A stretch of DNA of 64,000 nt from Acinetobacter pittii (GTDB lineage Bacteria; Bacteroidota; Bacteroidia; Chitinophagales; Chitinophagaceae): assembly GCA_052038405.1 (NCBI GenBank), contig JBQGCI010000429.1, positions 1,150-65,149 on the forward strand. The letters are read 5' to 3'. A program made the position numbers and the translations under genes. This document shows positions 30,642 to 41,988 of this stretch, piece after piece (the first letter of the stretch is position 1; every line of letters starts with the position of its first letter). Below the pieces are notes generated by a model. It did not search any database, had not been told where the DNA came from, and saw only the letters and a list, made by a program, of their open reading frames with translations.

Positions 30642-31754
30642 ATGAAGATGCGTCCCGAAAAATATTTACGCTACCTGTTTTTACCCAACCTGCTGGAACT
30701 CTTCGGTACCGAGCGTACCAAAGAAATTCTTACAGTAAATCCTACCATTATTCCTATCAGGGAAGAGGCGGCTACAGTGATCATTAATGCCTATGTTTAT
30801 AATAAAGCCGAGGTTAAAGAATACAGGAATATTTCGATAGGAGAGGCGTTATCGCTGAAATGCAACGACCATATTATCTGGATCAATATTGATGGGTTGC
30901 GAAAAGACGATGTGGATCAGCTGGGCGATCAATACGGCATTCACCCTTTGTTGCGGGAGGATATTCTGAGTATTAACCAGCGGCCTAAGGTAGATGAGAT
31001 TGATGAGATCCTTTTCTCCCTGATGAATATACTTTACTACAATGAGGAAAAAAATTCCATCGGTCAGGAGCAGATCAGCCTGGTATTGGGCAAAAACTTT
31101 GTGATTACTTTCCAGGACGATCCTTCGAGAGACTTGTTTAACGCATTGAGAGAGCGATTAAAGCTTACTACCAGTAAAACAAGAGGAAAAGAAGCCGATT
31201 ATCTTTATTATACACTGATAGATACTATTGTTGACCATTATTTTATTGTAATGGACAAACTGCGGGATCGCATTGAAGATGTAGAAGAGCAGATCGTGCG
31301 GGGCACTAATAAAAGATCGCTGGCATTGATAAACGTGCTGCGTAAAGAATTGATCGTTTTAAAACGCAGTATTTATCCGGTGCGTGATGTGATCAGCGGT
31401 CTTATAAAAAGTGATAGCGAGCTGCTTACGGAGTTTAATGAGCGTTTTTACAAAGATGTATACGACCACGTGGTACAGGCTATTGATCTGGTTGAAAACT
31501 ATCGCGACATGATCATGGGTATGCAGGATCTTTATATCAGCAACGTTAACCTGAAAATGAACGAGGTGATGAAGGTGATGGCCATTGTTACCTGTGTGCT
31601 GGCGCCGGCTACGGTTATCGGGGGCATTTTCGGAATGAACTTCCAGGTTATTCCTTTAAGCGGGCAACATTGGGGGTTCTGGATGGCCGTAGGAGCCATG
31701 CTGATCATTCCTGCGTGGATGCTGATCCTTTTTAGAAAAAGAGGCTGGTTTTAA
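30642..31754 (+). CDS. corA: Magnesium/cobalt transporter CorA
   Basis: WINIDG, QRPK, NEVMK and GMNF motifs. Confidence 0.93.
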   Translation: MKMRPEKYLRYLFLPNLLELFGTERTKEILTVNPTIIPIREEAATVIINAYVYNKAEVKEYRNISIGEALSLKCNDHIIWINIDGLRKDDVDQLGDQYGIHPLLREDILSINQRPKVDEIDEILFSLMNILYYNEEKNSIGQEQISLVLGKNFVITFQDDPSRDLFNALRERLKLTTSKTRGKEADYLYYTLIDTIVDHYFIVMDKLRDRIEDVEEQIVRGTNKRSLALINVLRKELIVLKRSIYPVRDVISGLIKSDSELLTEFNERFYKDVYDHVVQAIDLVENYRDMIMGMQDLYISNVNLKMNEVMKVMAIVTCVLAPATVIGGIFGMNFQVIPLSGQHWGFWMAVGAMLIIPAWMLILFRKRGWF

Positions 31755-31872
31755 CTGGCCGGCCCTTTCACACCGCAGATAAAATATAAGTACATTCTGG
31801 TAAAAAGCAGCCAGCTAATGAGGCCGCTGTTTATTATTTTAGGCCCACCGTTCTGAATAATAAACTACTACG

Positions 31873-33981
31873 ATGAAGCAAATACTTTCCCTTCTTTTCA
31901 GCATTTTTGTTGTCTGTTTTTCTTATGCGCAACCTGTTACTTTAGACGACTACAACAGGGCGGTCAGCTATTTTAGAAATAACCTGGCTAAGAATACGAT
32001 ATGGAATATCAGCACTACACCCACCTGGTTAAGAGATAACAGCGGATTCACTTACTATGTTCAGGATGCCAGCGGCACACACCGTAAGCAATATAACTTT
32101 ACAACAAAAACAGTAACCGATGCGACCAACGAGCCTGGTTCCCGGTCGTCGGGGATGGGTGGCAACCGGCACAACAGCCCGGAAGGGACTTCGCCCGACA
32201 AAAGCCTGGTCGCTTTTGTAAAAAGCCATAACCTGTACCTCAAAGATGCGCAAGGTCGTAATGAAAAACAACTCAGCTATGACGGTGCAAAAAATTACGA
32301 ATATGCCAGTTATTATGGCTGGGGGGAGCTGATAGAAGGCGAGAACGGGGAAAGACCTGCTCATTTTTCTGTAAACTGGTCCCCCGATTCTAAATGGCTG
32401 CAAGCCTATATATGCGACCTGCGTAATGGCAAAAAAATGTACCTGCTGGACTGGAGTATTGATACGCTTTACAAACCCAGATTACTTTCCTATTACCGGG
32501 GTTCGCCCGGAGATACAGATATGGTATACATGACCCCGGTTGTGTTTAATGCGGCAACCGGAGCAACACACCGGTTAGAGGAATTCAGAAATGTAAATAC
32601 CGTTGGCTTTGAATGGATCCCCGGATCTTCCCAGGCTATCATCTATGAGAGGGAGCGCGGCTATCAGAAAATCAACCTTTACCGATACGATCCTTCCACT
32701 CAAACAAAAGACCTGCTGTATACCGAAAGCAGTTCCACCAATATCGACAATTTTAATTACCGGCTGGTAAAAGAATGGAACCAGATTATTTTTACTTCAG
32801 AGAAGGATGGCTGGAAGCAGCTATATGCTTTGAACCTGAAGGATAAAAAAGTTAGCAGGTTAACGCAGGGAGATTATTATATCAATGATATCAACCTGAT
32901 CAACCATAAGGCCGGTGACATTTATTTTACTGCAAAAGGAAAGGAAGAAACCAACCCTTACTATGATTTCGCTTATAAAGTGAACGTTAAAACACTGAAA
33001 ACAACACTGCTCACCCCAGAAAAAGAAAATCACGACGTGAGCTTTTCGCCCGATGGCAAATACCTTGTAGATAATATTTCGACGATGTTTACGCCTAATC
33101 GTGCCGTACTACGCGATGGCGCTACCGGTGCCATCCTGAAAGAACTGTCACGCACTCAAATGAACCTTCCTCAAGGGAAGACGCATCCGCTACCCGAGGA
33201 GTTTACCACGCGGGGGCGGGATGGCGAAACCACTATTTATGCAGCCATCTGGAAACCCTCCCATTTTGATCCGGCAAAAAAATACCCGGTAATTGATCAA
33301 ACCTATACAGGTCCGCATACTTATATGTTTCCTAACGGCTTTGCCAAAGCCCTCGGCAGGGGTAACCAGGCTCTGGCAGAGTTAGGATTTATTGTTGTAG
33401 CTATCGACGGGCTGGGAACAGCGGGGCGGTCTAAAGCCTTTCATAATGTGTCGTATAAAAACATGGGGAAAAACCTGCTGGACCATGTTATTGCGATTAA
33501 AGCCATGGGAAAACAGTTTTCGTGGGTAGATACGACCAAAGTGGGCATTTTCGGCCATTCGGCCGGTGGTTATGATGCGGGCCATGCGGTTTTAGAATTT
33601 CCTGATTTTTACAAAGTGGCGGTAGCCAGTTCTGCGGATCATGATTTTAGGATGGAGAAAGACTGGTGGCCTGAAATGTATATGGGCTGGCCCGTAGACA
33701 GCAGCTACGATAAAGTATCGAATATCACCATGGCCGGCAATCTGAAAGGCAAGCTGTTAATTGTGCATGGCGGCATTGATGAAAATGTAAACCCATCTGC
33801 CACTTTTAAGCTGGCAGAGGCTTTGGTTAATGCTGATAAACAGTTTGATATGCTGATATTGCCCAGCCAGCATCATGGCTATATCGGCAAAGCTGCAGAC
33901 TATTTCCAGAAAAAACTCTGGAACTATTTTGTGGAACATTTACGGGGCGCAGCACCGATCTGGGATTTTAAGTTGCGATAA
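31873..33981 (+). CDS. S9-family dipeptidyl-peptidase IV-like peptidase
   Basis: Signal peptide, beta-propeller region, GHSAGG, DENV and His motif. Confidence 0.9.
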   Translation: MKQILSLLFSIFVVCFSYAQPVTLDDYNRAVSYFRNNLAKNTIWNISTTPTWLRDNSGFTYYVQDASGTHRKQYNFTTKTVTDATNEPGSRSSGMGGNRHNSPEGTSPDKSLVAFVKSHNLYLKDAQGRNEKQLSYDGAKNYEYASYYGWGELIEGENGERPAHFSVNWSPDSKWLQAYICDLRNGKKMYLLDWSIDTLYKPRLLSYYRGSPGDTDMVYMTPVVFNAATGATHRLEEFRNVNTVGFEWIPGSSQAIIYERERGYQKINLYRYDPSTQTKDLLYTESSSTNIDNFNYRLVKEWNQIIFTSEKDGWKQLYALNLKDKKVSRLTQGDYYINDINLINHKAGDIYFTAKGKEETNPYYDFAYKVNVKTLKTTLLTPEKENHDVSFSPDGKYLVDNISTMFTPNRAVLRDGATGAILKELSRTQMNLPQGKTHPLPEEFTTRGRDGETTIYAAIWKPSHFDPAKKYPVIDQTYTGPHTYMFPNGFAKALGRGNQALAELGFIVVAIDGLGTAGRSKAFHNVSYKNMGKNLLDHVIAIKAMGKQFSWVDTTKVGIFGHSAGGYDAGHAVLEFPDFYKVAVASSADHDFRMEKDWWPEMYMGWPVDSSYDKVSNITMAGNLKGKLLIVHGGIDENVNPSATFKLAEALVNADKQFDMLILPSQHHGYIGKAADYFQKKLWNYFVEHLRGAAPIWDFKLR

Positions 33982-34236
33982 TTACAAAACAGGAGCTTGT
34001 CTCCAAAATGCTGTCAGTCAATAGCGACAGAATAGAAGACCGGCAGCGCTTTCATGGCGCTTTACTGATTGGGGTTGTGAACCAGAGTTGATGGATGTAG
34101 ATGGCCGGTAATCCTTTTTCCTGCAACTCCATGCAAGCTATTGTTTTTTGACAATGATTTCTAACCTTCTGTCCGCACTGGTTATCACGTCGCTCAAAAT
34201 TCCATCCGCTTAATTGGCAGCGCTGCGTTTAGTCTT

Positions 34237-34743
34237 TTATCTTTTTTTGAATACAGGAACGGTGCTGCAGGGTTCGCCATACATGAGGCTTTTTACAACA
34301 GGTAGCAGAACACGGGTAATATCGGCATAGGCTTCCTCACCAATATCCAGGTCGCCGCAGCCTTTAATCACCACCCTTTTGTCGAGGTATTCAGCTGTAT
34401 CAACTGCATTGATAGCAGTCAGCAGCAATCGCTTTTTGATATATTCAGAACTGCCCGCTGCCACAAAGCCGGCTACGGGCTGCAGGTAAGTGGTAATAAG
34501 CATATAAGCCCAAAGCGGAACAATCGCATCAGCCGTGCAGGTAATGCCTACCGTTTTTCCCGCATATTGCTGCCAATCGTGCAGCTTCAATGCCTCGCGG
34601 AAGTCTTTTTCTTTTAAGATCATTTCCATAAATAAATAATCTTTGATATCGAAAATCACTACCTCATCCTTCGGGTAAAAATCCTTAAGATCTAATGTAA
34701 TAATTCCACTTTCGGCTACCTTATTCCTTATAAGTTCTTCCAT
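34237..34743 (-). CDS. DUF2480-family protein
   Basis: NKVAESG, LKEKDFR, DAIVPLWAYML and SLMYGEPCSTVP motifs. Confidence 0.85.
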   Translation of the reverse strand: MEELIRNKVAESGIITLDLKDFYPKDEVVIFDIKDYLFMEMILKEKDFREALKLHDWQQYAGKTVGITCTADAIVPLWAYMLITTYLQPVAGFVAAGSSEYIKKRLLLTAINAVDTAEYLDKRVVIKGCGDLDIGEEAYADITRVLLPVVKSLMYGEPCSTVPVFKKR

Positions 34744-34841
34744 ACTTTAAAATAACACATTAATTTCTCCGGTTGTTCAAATCCCCAAAACAAAAGATCC
34801 CGGACGATGCCGGGATCTGAATATATTTTATGCTTTGCCTG

Positions 34842-36980
34842 TTAATAAAACTTGCTACGGTAGTCTTTAATAGTAGCATCTTCTCTTAATGCCTGCAGCG
34901 ACTGGAATTGAGCTTGTTGCTTAGCCTGCATAAAACGCATTTTCCTGGCGTCTTCCACATTAGCTGCCTGAACTGGCGTGTTGCTCAGGTTATCAACTCT
35001 CACCACGTAAACACCCTGGGTGCCGGCGATCGGTTCGCTGATCACTTTTCCAACATTCGCTTTGTTGAAAGACGCGCCAATTACTTTGGGCTCGAAGCCT
35101 AAGGTCATAGAAGGCTGTCCGGCAAAACGGAGGCTATCTGCTACTTCAACAGGCTTTTTCAAGGCGGTTGCCGCCGCTTCCAAAGTAGTTACTTTTCCTA
35201 TTTTATTAGTAATGATCTCGGCCTTCTTTTGGTTCACCAACAGAGGCTCCACCATCATTCTTGCTTTTGCCGGGCTCATCGTTCCTTCTTTATTGATTTC
35301 TGTTACCAAAGCCACCGCGTAGAAGTCGCCCACACGCTCAGAAACCACATCGCCCAGATCAGCATTGTAAATGGCTTTTACCAAAGCACGGGAAGCACCC
35401 AAACCCTGTATCATGGAGCCGGTTGGTGGTAAGTCCTGCGCTACCGACTTAAAAATGCCTTTTTCTTTTTGCAATTTTGCAGCAGCCGCATCAAAAGATT
35501 TTTGATTGGTAGCTTCTGCCGCAAATTTTGTAGCCGCTTCGTTGGCTACGCGATCCGTTTCTTCGCTGGCTTCAATAGGTTTGTGGATATATGCTATTTT
35601 GTAGCCTGTTGCACTTCCTTTCTGAGACAGGATCTCAATGTAGTGGTAACCAAAATCTGTTTTAACTACTCCTTTGGAGCCAACAGGATTTCCAAAAATG
35701 AAATCATTGAACGCCGGTACCATTTCACCCGATGGAACATTCTCATATACACCGCCATTATTGACGCTTCCGGGATCGTTAGAAAACTTCACTACCATCG
35801 AATCGAAATTAGCGCCGTTACGAATTGCCAGGGCTACGCTGTCTGCCAGTTTTTTGGCTGAAGCGGTATCCCTGATCGGAATTTGCTGGCCGCTTTGAGG
35901 ATCTGCCTGAACGGTACCGATCAATATATGCCTGATCTTTACGGTATCGGGCATTGATTTCGCAGCTACAACTTTAGCCAACGTATAGGATCCGCCATCG
36001 AGGTAGGGTCCGTAAATATTACCAACCCCAACTTTAAAGATAGAATCTTTCATAGGTACCTGGATACGGTTACCGCTGATAAATCCATCGTAGTAATTAT
36101 TAGCCCCCTGGGTCATCAGGTAGTCTTTCATATTCTTTGCACTATCAAAAGCAGGTTTTAAAGCCAGGATATTTTCTCTTGCCTGTAAGCTATCGGCACC
36201 ATTCGGCTGCGCGTTAAAGGCCACATAAGATATGCTGCGGCTTTCCAGCTGCTTAAAGTCTTTTTTATGTTTATCGATATAGCTTTGAATATCAGCGTCA
36301 GAAATCTTTACCGCCGAATCAGAAATGCTGGTGTAGGGCTCTCTTACAAAAGAAACCTTAGAGATCATGCTGCTTTGAGCATTTTCTTTTTCGATCATCC
36401 ATTTAGGAAAGTTGATGCTGTTCGTTAGCAGTCCGTCATATTTTTGTGCCAGACGCTGAAATACCATCTGGTCTAAAAACGCATTCAGCTGCGCTTTCTG
36501 CTCTGCATTACCTTTTGTTTTAATCTGGTTAATCTGTTGCTGGGCAACGGCAGGATTATACACCCCTGTCTGGGGATCTGTAAATGCCTGTTTCAGCTCC
36601 TGCGGAGGATTATTGCCAAACAGCAGGTCATTCAGCTCTTTTTTACCAATATCAATACCCACTTTTTCAGCTTCCTGGGTTAACAATACCCGTGCAATTT
36701 CAGTATTCCAGGCGCTTTCGTTGGCCTGTTGAGACAACATTTCGCCAGTGGCGCCCATACCTCTCTGTTGCATCATTTGGGATTGTTGCTCTACCTGTGC
36801 GCTAAATCTGGCAAAATCGATCGTTTCGCCATTTATTTTACCGATGGTAGTGGAGTCGCCTCTAAAAAGACTGCCTCCGTTCTCAAAAGCAAGCATTATT
36901 ACAAACACCACCAATGCCAAAGCAATAATTACGGCCATAACTTTGCCGTATTTGTCCTGGATTTTTTGAATAACCGACAT
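34842..36980 (-). CDS. PpiD/SurA-type peptidyl-prolyl isomerase
   Basis: N-terminal TM anchor, SurA_N-like region, parvulin RHILI, MVPAF and TDFGYH motifs. Confidence 0.88.
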   Translation of the reverse strand: MSVIQKIQDKYGKVMAVIIALALVVFVIMLAFENGGSLFRGDSTTIGKINGETIDFARFSAQVEQQSQMMQQRGMGATGEMLSQQANESAWNTEIARVLLTQEAEKVGIDIGKKELNDLLFGNNPPQELKQAFTDPQTGVYNPAVAQQQINQIKTKGNAEQKAQLNAFLDQMVFQRLAQKYDGLLTNSINFPKWMIEKENAQSSMISKVSFVREPYTSISDSAVKISDADIQSYIDKHKKDFKQLESRSISYVAFNAQPNGADSLQARENILALKPAFDSAKNMKDYLMTQGANNYYDGFISGNRIQVPMKDSIFKVGVGNIYGPYLDGGSYTLAKVVAAKSMPDTVKIRHILIGTVQADPQSGQQIPIRDTASAKKLADSVALAIRNGANFDSMVVKFSNDPGSVNNGGVYENVPSGEMVPAFNDFIFGNPVGSKGVVKTDFGYHYIEILSQKGSATGYKIAYIHKPIEASEETDRVANEAATKFAAEATNQKSFDAAAAKLQKEKGIFKSVAQDLPPTGSMIQGLGASRALVKAIYNADLGDVVSERVGDFYAVALVTEINKEGTMSPAKARMMVEPLLVNQKKAEIITNKIGKVTTLEAAATALKKPVEVADSLRFAGQPSMTLGFEPKVIGASFNKANVGKVISEPIAGTQGVYVVRVDNLSNTPVQAANVEDARKMRFMQAKQQAQFQSLQALREDATIKDYRSKFY

Positions 36981-37232
36981 AATATATTAATACATTAAAT
37001 AAAAGGACGGCAAAAATAGGGTATTTGAAAGTATCAACAAATTGTGGAAAAATTAGAGATCGGGTACCCGAACTTTTTTGTTTAACCGCTTGGGAGGTGG
37101 CGGGTTGCGATGATTCAAAATAAAGTATCCCAATTTTCGCACCTTCGGGCATTCACGGTTTGATTTTTCTATGTATCGTTTACATAAGCCAGGTATAAGG
37201 GCCGAAGCAGCCGGCCCCGCCAGCGGAAAAAC

Positions 37233-37466
37233 TTATTTCAAAACACCATCTATTTTTTCGGCGAGTTTGTGATCTTTTTCAGTTATCACATCTCCTGCAT
37301 CGTGCGTACTTAACCAAACTTCAACCGTATTATATACGTTCTTCCATTCGGGATGATGATCCATTTTTTCTGCAGCAAGCGCTACCCGGGTCATAAACCC
37401 AAAGGCTTCGCTAAAATTTTTGAATTCGAATTTCCGGTACAACTTATTTTGCTCTTCCTGCCACAT
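37233..37466 (-). CDS. Pterin-4a-carbinolamine dehydratase
   Basis: [10 protein letters not shown] and THDAG motifs. Confidence 0.92.
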   Translation of the reverse strand: MWQEEQNKLYRKFEFKNFSEAFGFMTRVALAAEKMDHHPEWKNVYNTVEVWLSTHDAGDVITEKDHKLAEKIDGVLK

Positions 37467-37477
37467 ACTATATATTT

Positions 37478-37921
37478 TTAGAAAATGAGGTATTCCTTGT
37501 TCTTAATTTTTTCATTGGTAAGCTCGGTTACCAGCTGTACTCCTGGAATATTCCGCAACATCGCCTTAATCTGGTTGAGATAGTCTTCTGTAACTGTATC
37601 ATTTTTCATCAACCACAAAAAATCCAGGTTTTTAAATTCAGGTAGCAGGTATTCTCCGTCATACAAGTTATTATACAAATAATGACAAAGTGCGCTATTG
37701 GGCTCGTGGTATTCGTAAACGCTGAAAAAATAATGCCTTCGTTTGCGATCCAGTCTGATTTCTATATCGTGGTTGATCCTGAAACTCAATCCCAGTAAAT
37801 TATTAAGGTTCCAGCAAAAGCGGTAATCCTTCACTGTTGTTACGATACCCAACAACTTGGTATCGTCAAAAAAACTATCGATAATTTCCTGCGTATCCAG
37901 TTCTAATTTCAGAACGGCCAT
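37478..37921 (-). CDS. IPExxxVDY-family protein
   Basis: KDYRFCW..N and [10 protein letters not shown] motifs. Confidence 0.7.
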   Translation of the reverse strand: MAVLKLELDTQEIIDSFFDDTKLLGIVTTVKDYRFCWNLNNLLGLSFRINHDIEIRLDRKRRHYFFSVYEYHEPNSALCHYLYNNLYDGEYLLPEFKNLDFLWLMKNDTVTEDYLNQIKAMLRNIPGVQLVTELTNEKIKNKEYLIF

Positions 37922-38067
37922 TATTTTCCCTTTAATGTTCGCAAATGGGTATGTTTGGGGGTAAAGGTAGATAAAAGATAATAGGGAGAATATTTAAAGT
38001 TGCCATAAATCTCCGTATTTCGTAAACATATTTAGGGTATTGGCGGTTAAATTTGCGGTTTTAGATA

Positions 38068-40185
38068 TTGAAAAATTCAATGTTACATATTGCATTAGCG
38101 GGAAATCCCAATAGCGGAAAGACGTCCTTATTTAATACGCTTACCGGATTAAATCAAAAAGTTGGAAACTTCCCGGGTGTTACTGTTGATAAAAAAACAG
38201 GCACGACTTCATTAAGCCATGGAACTGCAGAAGTGATTGATTTGCCAGGCACCTATAGCTTATATCCCCGCAGGTTAGACGAAGAAGTGGCTTATAAAGT
38301 ATTGCTGAACCAGGACGTGCATGTGATAGCCGACGTAATTGTAGCGGTAGCCGATGCCAGCAGCCTCAAGCGCAACCTGCTTTTTTGTACACAAATTATA
38401 GACCTGAAGCGACCGGTGGTGGTAGCGCTTACCATGATGGATATCGCCCGTAAAAAAGGCATCCAGATCGATGTTCATGAAATGGAGCGTGAGCTTGGCG
38501 TACCGGTAGTAGCGGTAAACCCCAGAAAGAACAAGGGTATAGCGGAGCTCAAAAAAGCGATTGAACTGGTATCAGGCAAATTGTATAAACCTGTAGCCCG
38601 GAATTTTATTGATGTGACAGCTTTGGCACCGGGCGCTATTAAACAAGCCCAGCTGGCGGTTCCTCATATAGGAGATTATGAAGCCGTTCATTACCTGATC
38701 AATCACGAAACTTTTTCCCTGCCAGATGAGGTTCAGGAAAAAATAGAGCAGGCTGAGGTAAACAACCAGTTTAACCCGGCACGTACCCAGGCGGAGGAGA
38801 TACTACAGCGTTACACCCGCATCAATCATATTCTTAGCCAGGCGGTTATCTTTCCCGATCCTCAAAAAAGATCGAGGATAACCGAAAAGCTGGATAATAT
38901 TTTTTTACACCGGTATTGGGGCTATGCAATTTTATTAAGCGTTTTGTTTCTTTTATTCCAGTGCGTTTTCCTGCTGGCGTCTTATCCAATGGACTGGATA
39001 GACGGAGGAACTGCGGCTTTTAGTGGCTGGTTGGGCAATATGCTTCCTGAAAACCATTTTACCGACTTACTTATTAACGGCCTGGTGGCTGGTTTAGGCG
39101 GAATTATAATTTTTATTCCGCAGATCATGATCCTGTTTGGCCTGATTACCCTTTTGGAAGACACCGGCTATATGGCGCGTATCAGCTTTTTAACCGACCG
39201 GGTCATGCGCACCGTTGGGCTAAATGGTAAAAGTGTAATGCCCATGATCAGTGGGTTTGCCTGTGCCGTTCCGGCTATTATGAGTGCCAGGAACATCGAG
39301 AACCGGAAGGAACGTTTGCTCACGATACTCGTAACCCCGCTGATGAGCTGTTCTGCCCGCCTACCGGTTTATATTATTTTAACAGCCATTGTTATTCCTA
39401 AAACCTATATAGCGGGTTTTATAAGTGTACAGGGGCTGGTAATGATGGGACTTTACCTGATAGGGGTTGTTTTTGCAATGGCTGTATCATGGGTGGCGAA
39501 ATGGTTTATTAAAATAAAAGAAAAAAGCTTTTTCATTCTGGAACTTCCGGTTTACCGGGCACCACGCTGGAAGAATGCAGTACAGACGATGATCGAAAAA
39601 GCCAAGATATTTGTAGTACAGGCCGGTAAGATCATTTTGATCATCAGCCTGGTGCTTTGGTTTTTAAGCTCTTTCGGACCATCAGCACGCATGGAGCATG
39701 TAAATGCACAATATGAACAACAGTTAGCGCTGCCCAATGCAGATACTACGCTTATAGAAGAACAGTACAGCAGTGCCAAATTGGAAAACTCTTATGCTGG
39801 TATTATGGGTAAGGCCATTGAGCCCGCCATCAGGCCATTAGGCTACGATTGGAAGATCGGCATAGCACTCATCACCTCGTTTGCTGCCAGGGAAGTCTTT
39901 GTCGGTACCATGGCCACCCTGTACAGTGTGGAGGACGATGGCGAGGAAAACCTGGCATTGCAGGAGAAAATGCAACGGGCCACTTTTTCTGATGGCAGTA
40001 AAGTATTTACGCTCGCCACAGGCGTTTCTCTGATGCTGTTCTATGTTTTTGCCATGCAGTGTATGAGTACACTGGCTATCGTAAAGCGCGAAACACGCAG
40101 CTGGAAATGGCCCATAATACAATTGGGCTATATGACCTTTTTGGCTTACGTTGTGAGCCTGGTTGCTTACCAGCTTTTAAAATAA
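38068..40185 (+). CDS. feoB: Ferrous iron transporter B
   Basis: GNPNSGKT, VGNFPGVT, DLPGTYS, MSCSARLP and FAAREVFV motifs. Confidence 0.96.
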   Translation: MKNSMLHIALAGNPNSGKTSLFNTLTGLNQKVGNFPGVTVDKKTGTTSLSHGTAEVIDLPGTYSLYPRRLDEEVAYKVLLNQDVHVIADVIVAVADASSLKRNLLFCTQIIDLKRPVVVALTMMDIARKKGIQIDVHEMERELGVPVVAVNPRKNKGIAELKKAIELVSGKLYKPVARNFIDVTALAPGAIKQAQLAVPHIGDYEAVHYLINHETFSLPDEVQEKIEQAEVNNQFNPARTQAEEILQRYTRINHILSQAVIFPDPQKRSRITEKLDNIFLHRYWGYAILLSVLFLLFQCVFLLASYPMDWIDGGTAAFSGWLGNMLPENHFTDLLINGLVAGLGGIIIFIPQIMILFGLITLLEDTGYMARISFLTDRVMRTVGLNGKSVMPMISGFACAVPAIMSARNIENRKERLLTILVTPLMSCSARLPVYIILTAIVIPKTYIAGFISVQGLVMMGLYLIGVVFAMAVSWVAKWFIKIKEKSFFILELPVYRAPRWKNAVQTMIEKAKIFVVQAGKIILIISLVLWFLSSFGPSARMEHVNAQYEQQLALPNADTTLIEEQYSSAKLENSYAGIMGKAIEPAIRPLGYDWKIGIALITSFAAREVFVGTMATLYSVEDDGEENLALQEKMQRATFSDGSKVFTLATGVSLMLFYVFAMQCMSTLAIVKRETRSWKWPIIQLGYMTFLAYVVSLVAYQLLK

Positions 40186-40198
40186 GGACGGACTTATC

Positions 40199-41971
40199 TT
40201 AACCTTCCGGTAATGCTTTCCATTTTTTTACAACAGCGGCATACCCAAGCATAAATAGAAACCCGGCAATTAGAAGATAGGTGCTTACATCCACCCCCAG
40301 CTGCTCAATCAGCACCGGCGGAGGAGCTTGTTGATAATAAAGTTCACCTAACTTAGCTTTGTAGTACTCCTTTTGATGCATGGATATGATTCCGATGATC
40401 AACAGGATGTAGGGAACGAAGCCTGCCAGGGTAATATTGATGAATACTACCTGGATCTTTTTCCGCAACTTTTTCAGCAACAGTAATGGCGTAGCCAGGA
40501 TAATGGTTCCTATTGTAAATGCGATATAAGAAATAACCAGCTCGTTGTTAATATTTAAGCCTACTACCACCAGGCTTAAAACAATTGCTATAACGATACC
40601 GGTTATAACAGAGAACAAAAGGGAAGACAGGCCCGAAGTTCTGAAGATAAAAAGTACTACCGATAGTCCGAATGCCAGCCAGCATTGCATCTGGAAAAGG
40701 ACCTCCAGGTGGTTGTATGTTTTAATGGTATGAATATTTCCAAATACATTTTTCAAGGAATTAGCATCGAAATAGAGTTGCGTTCGGCCTTTCTCAAAAT
40801 AGTCCTGTTTCAGGCTTTTGGTTTCCCCAACGGCAGCATCTGCCGCCACCGATACGTCCACAGCTGCTGCCGCGACAGCTACCTGTTCATGATACGCTAA
40901 ATTACCAGGCGCGTAATCTCCATTATATAAAAACTTATCAACAACAAAGCTCCGGCGGTTGATCAGCGCCAGCCAGTTTTGAACCGTTAAGTTGGTAGCT
41001 ATTTTAAACTCTTTTGCAGTCGCCAGAAAGGACGAAAATAATTGACGGAATTCCTGCTCCTTATTTCTTTTTAAAAAGTGGTACAGCCGCTGGTTCAAGG
41101 CTTGCGAGTTTTGCTGGCTTTCATTAAAACGCGGTGTACCCTTAACATAAATAGCCGGCCCTTCATCATAGTAGTTTTCTGTAAATAATACTCTTGAATA
41201 ATTAAAATAGCTCGGTTCGGCTGTTGCAAGGGCCGAAACATCTATCACTTGGTCCTTATCCCATACCGCCCAGGTGGTGTCGTTAATAGCTTCCGAATAC
41301 AGGTGTCCGGGCAGTTCGCCGCCTGAAGCGTTGCCCCGTGTTACTTTCCGGATTGTTTTCTTCAATGTATAAAACTGGTACTCATTAGTATATCGACTAA
41401 GATAGGGCTTGGAAAAATCAATAAGGGCTTCATTTACCTCGCAATACAACGTATCAAAAGGAGATGGAAATCTCCGCCGGTCAATGGTATAATCGTCCTG
41501 GTTAAAAGATAAAAACGCAGCAGCAAGGCTGGCCTGGTCCAATTCTCTATGATACATTTCATCGGTATATTTCTGGCTGATATACCCCTTATACCCCATT
41601 TGATAAGAGGAATAAAAAGTGGAAGCAAAGAGTAAGACGAAAAAGTAGATAGTAAAGGAAGTAAAGAGCTGCCAGCGGCTGGTAGGATAGTAGTTCTTAA
41701 AAATATTATGCCGGAACAAAACAATCAGCCACACTACCACAACCAGTAAGGAGCAAATAATACTCAATAGTAATATTCCGTTTCTTATATAAATTTCATC
41801 GGCGTTATAACGGTGTAAGCGTAAAGGATTTTTGAATACATTCCATCCCAAAACAAAAAACAGCAGGTGTATAGCCATCGCAACCAGTAATACCCACGGC
41901 GCCCTGGTTGCCCATAATAAAGGAAACCGCTCGAGCAACTGCTTGTCTATTTTATTGATCCACTTTTTCAT
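40199..41971 (-). CDS. Multi-pass membrane protein with large soluble loop (probable ABC partner)
   Basis: 3 N-terminal and about 5 C-terminal TM segments; 17 bp from the ABC ATPase. Confidence 0.6.
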   Translation of the reverse strand: MKKWINKIDKQLLERFPLLWATRAPWVLLVAMAIHLLFFVLGWNVFKNPLRLHRYNADEIYIRNGILLLSIICSLLVVVVWLIVLFRHNIFKNYYPTSRWQLFTSFTIYFFVLLFASTFYSSYQMGYKGYISQKYTDEMYHRELDQASLAAAFLSFNQDDYTIDRRRFPSPFDTLYCEVNEALIDFSKPYLSRYTNEYQFYTLKKTIRKVTRGNASGGELPGHLYSEAINDTTWAVWDKDQVIDVSALATAEPSYFNYSRVLFTENYYDEGPAIYVKGTPRFNESQQNSQALNQRLYHFLKRNKEQEFRQLFSSFLATAKEFKIATNLTVQNWLALINRRSFVVDKFLYNGDYAPGNLAYHEQVAVAAAAVDVSVAADAAVGETKSLKQDYFEKGRTQLYFDANSLKNVFGNIHTIKTYNHLEVLFQMQCWLAFGLSVVLFIFRTSGLSSLLFSVITGIVIAIVLSLVVVGLNINNELVISYIAFTIGTIILATPLLLLKKLRKKIQVVFINITLAGFVPYILLIIGIISMHQKEYYKAKLGELYYQQAPPPVLIEQLGVDVSTYLLIAGFLFMLGYAAVVKKWKALPEG

Positions 41972-41988
41972 GCAGGTTTTTTAAAGTA